A DNA stretch of 64,000 nt, from positions 2,138-66,137 of the forward strand of contig CAYXUU010000033.1 of the NCBI GenBank assembly GCA_964468645.1, in the 5' to 3' direction. A program made the position numbers and the translations under genes. The first letter of the stretch is position 1. Every line of letters begins with the position of its first letter. Positions 62,997-64,000 of the stretch are shown here, piece by piece. This DNA is from an uncultured Bacteroidales bacterium (GTDB taxonomy: Bacteria; Bacteroidota; Bacteroidia; Bacteroidales; JAIOZK01). The notes under the pieces are model-generated. The model saw only the letters and a program-made list of their open reading frames with translations. It was not told the origin of the DNA and did no database searches.

Positions 62997-63518
62997 TTAG
63001 CCTCCGCACCCACCGGATTCCTCTACTTTGGGTGCAGTTTCCTCCCCCGGGGTATCGGCTCCGGTTTCTATCGAATCAGGATAATATGCCTTCCAGCCCT
63101 CCCAGCCATTCTCTATCATTTTAACCTTGCTGTATTTTAATGCCTGAAGGCTTTCTGCTGCCAGCGCAGAGCAATCATCCGAATAGCCATAAATATATAT
63201 CTCATCCCTTCTGTTGGTAAGCTTATCTGAAAACCCAATCATCCCTCTGGTGATACTTATTGCTCCAGGGATGTGCCCTTTAATAAAATCTCCATCCTGT
63301 CTGCAATCAATGATAACAATGTTATCATTCTGATCCATTAAATCCTTGAATTTATCAACTGAAATTGAATTCACATTTGACCTGGCTTTTAATACCATAT
63401 CATCAAGATTCCCAATCTTCACTTCTTGCTGGCATCCGGTTAGAAGAAATAGTAATAAGCCAATGAGGATTACCGGGGCATGGATTATTAAATTGTTGTT
63501 AGTTATCAGTTTCTTCAT
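62997..63518 (-). CDS. Rhodanese-like lipoprotein with C-terminal GGCGG
   Basis: Lipobox LTGC; IDCR...GHIPGA; ENGWEGW; ends EESGGCGG*. Confidence 0.85.
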   Translation of the reverse strand: MKKLITNNNLIIHAPVILIGLLLFLLTGCQQEVKIGNLDDMVLKARSNVNSISVDKFKDLMDQNDNIVIIDCRQDGDFIKGHIPGAISITRGMIGFSDKLTNRRDEIYIYGYSDDCSALAAESLQALKYSKVKMIENGWEGWKAYYPDSIETGADTPGEETAPKVEESGGCGG

Positions 63519-63540
63519 CTCAGTATTTATTTAGATGATT

Positions 63541-64000
63541 TTATTTTATGGGATTATCAGTGTTAGCTGTCCACTCGTAGAATGCGCCATCATATACCCT
63601 CACATCAGGGTAATCGAGGATGTACTTAAGGGCCAGATAAACGATACCTGCCCTGGCACTGGTTTCACAATACAGGATCACCTCTTTATCATCGGTTATA
63701 CCTGCATCATTGAAAACTGCCGCCAATGCCTCAGCCGATTTAACACTTCCATTTTCTTTAAGCACACCTTTATATTCAAGGTTAATTGCACCAGGAATAT
63801 GTCCTTTACGGCTTGCCTCACCTTTAACACCATCGAATTCATCCTTGCTTCTTACATCTACAATCACAACACCAGGATCATTCAAGTGTGAATTAACATA
63901 GGCTTCTGTAGCAATTTTGCTGGCATCAGGTGATGCTGTAAAAGTTACCGCTTTAATCGTTGTAGGATTTTTTGTAAGTGGCAAACGGTTCTTGCGCCAT
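63541..64000 (-). CDS. Multidomain sulfurtransferase (TST/MST type), 5' end outside the window
   Basis: Frame open to the window edge (WRKNRLP linker); DVRS...GHIPGA, YCETSAR, YDGAFYEW. Confidence 0.88.
   Translation of the reverse strand, partial: WRKNRLPLTKNPTTIKAVTFTASPDASKIATEAYVNSHLNDPGVVIVDVRSKDEFDGVKGEASRKGHIPGAINLEYKGVLKENGSVKSAEALAAVFNDAGITDDKEVILYCETSARAGIVYLALKYILDYPDVRVYDGAFYEWTANTDNPIK

Overview
AT-rich Bacteroidota chromosomal window, probably an anaerobic Bacteroidales (inferred from TAnnTTTG -7 promoters, four T9SS C-terminal domains and a Bacteroidota-type SRP RNA). Left part (1-40 kb): a TPR-AraC-linked set of secreted proteins flanked by three 83-bp REPIN-like elements, an ECF sigma operon, gadBC, ligA, a cyclic-nucleotide/partner-switching signalling cluster, glycosyltransferases, ffs and tRNA-Lys. 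Right part (40.2-64 kb) looks accessory and sulfur-centred: megL, btuR, two two-component systems, a sigma54 promoter with tandem enhancer palindromes ahead of a REC-GcvH-like fusion, a Pst-like ABC transporter whose binding protein lacks the phosphate-binding Ser/Thr residues, and a convergent operon (rhodaneses, DsrE2, TusA, atypical MvhD, two complementary HdrA-like subunits, QmoC-like membrane subunit) with no HdrB or AprAB in view. That sulfur-relay/Qmo-like module, including a rhodanese lipoprotein ending in a SoxY-like GGCGG arm, is the best candidate for an uncharacterised system. All calls come from reading motifs by eye; no database search was run.
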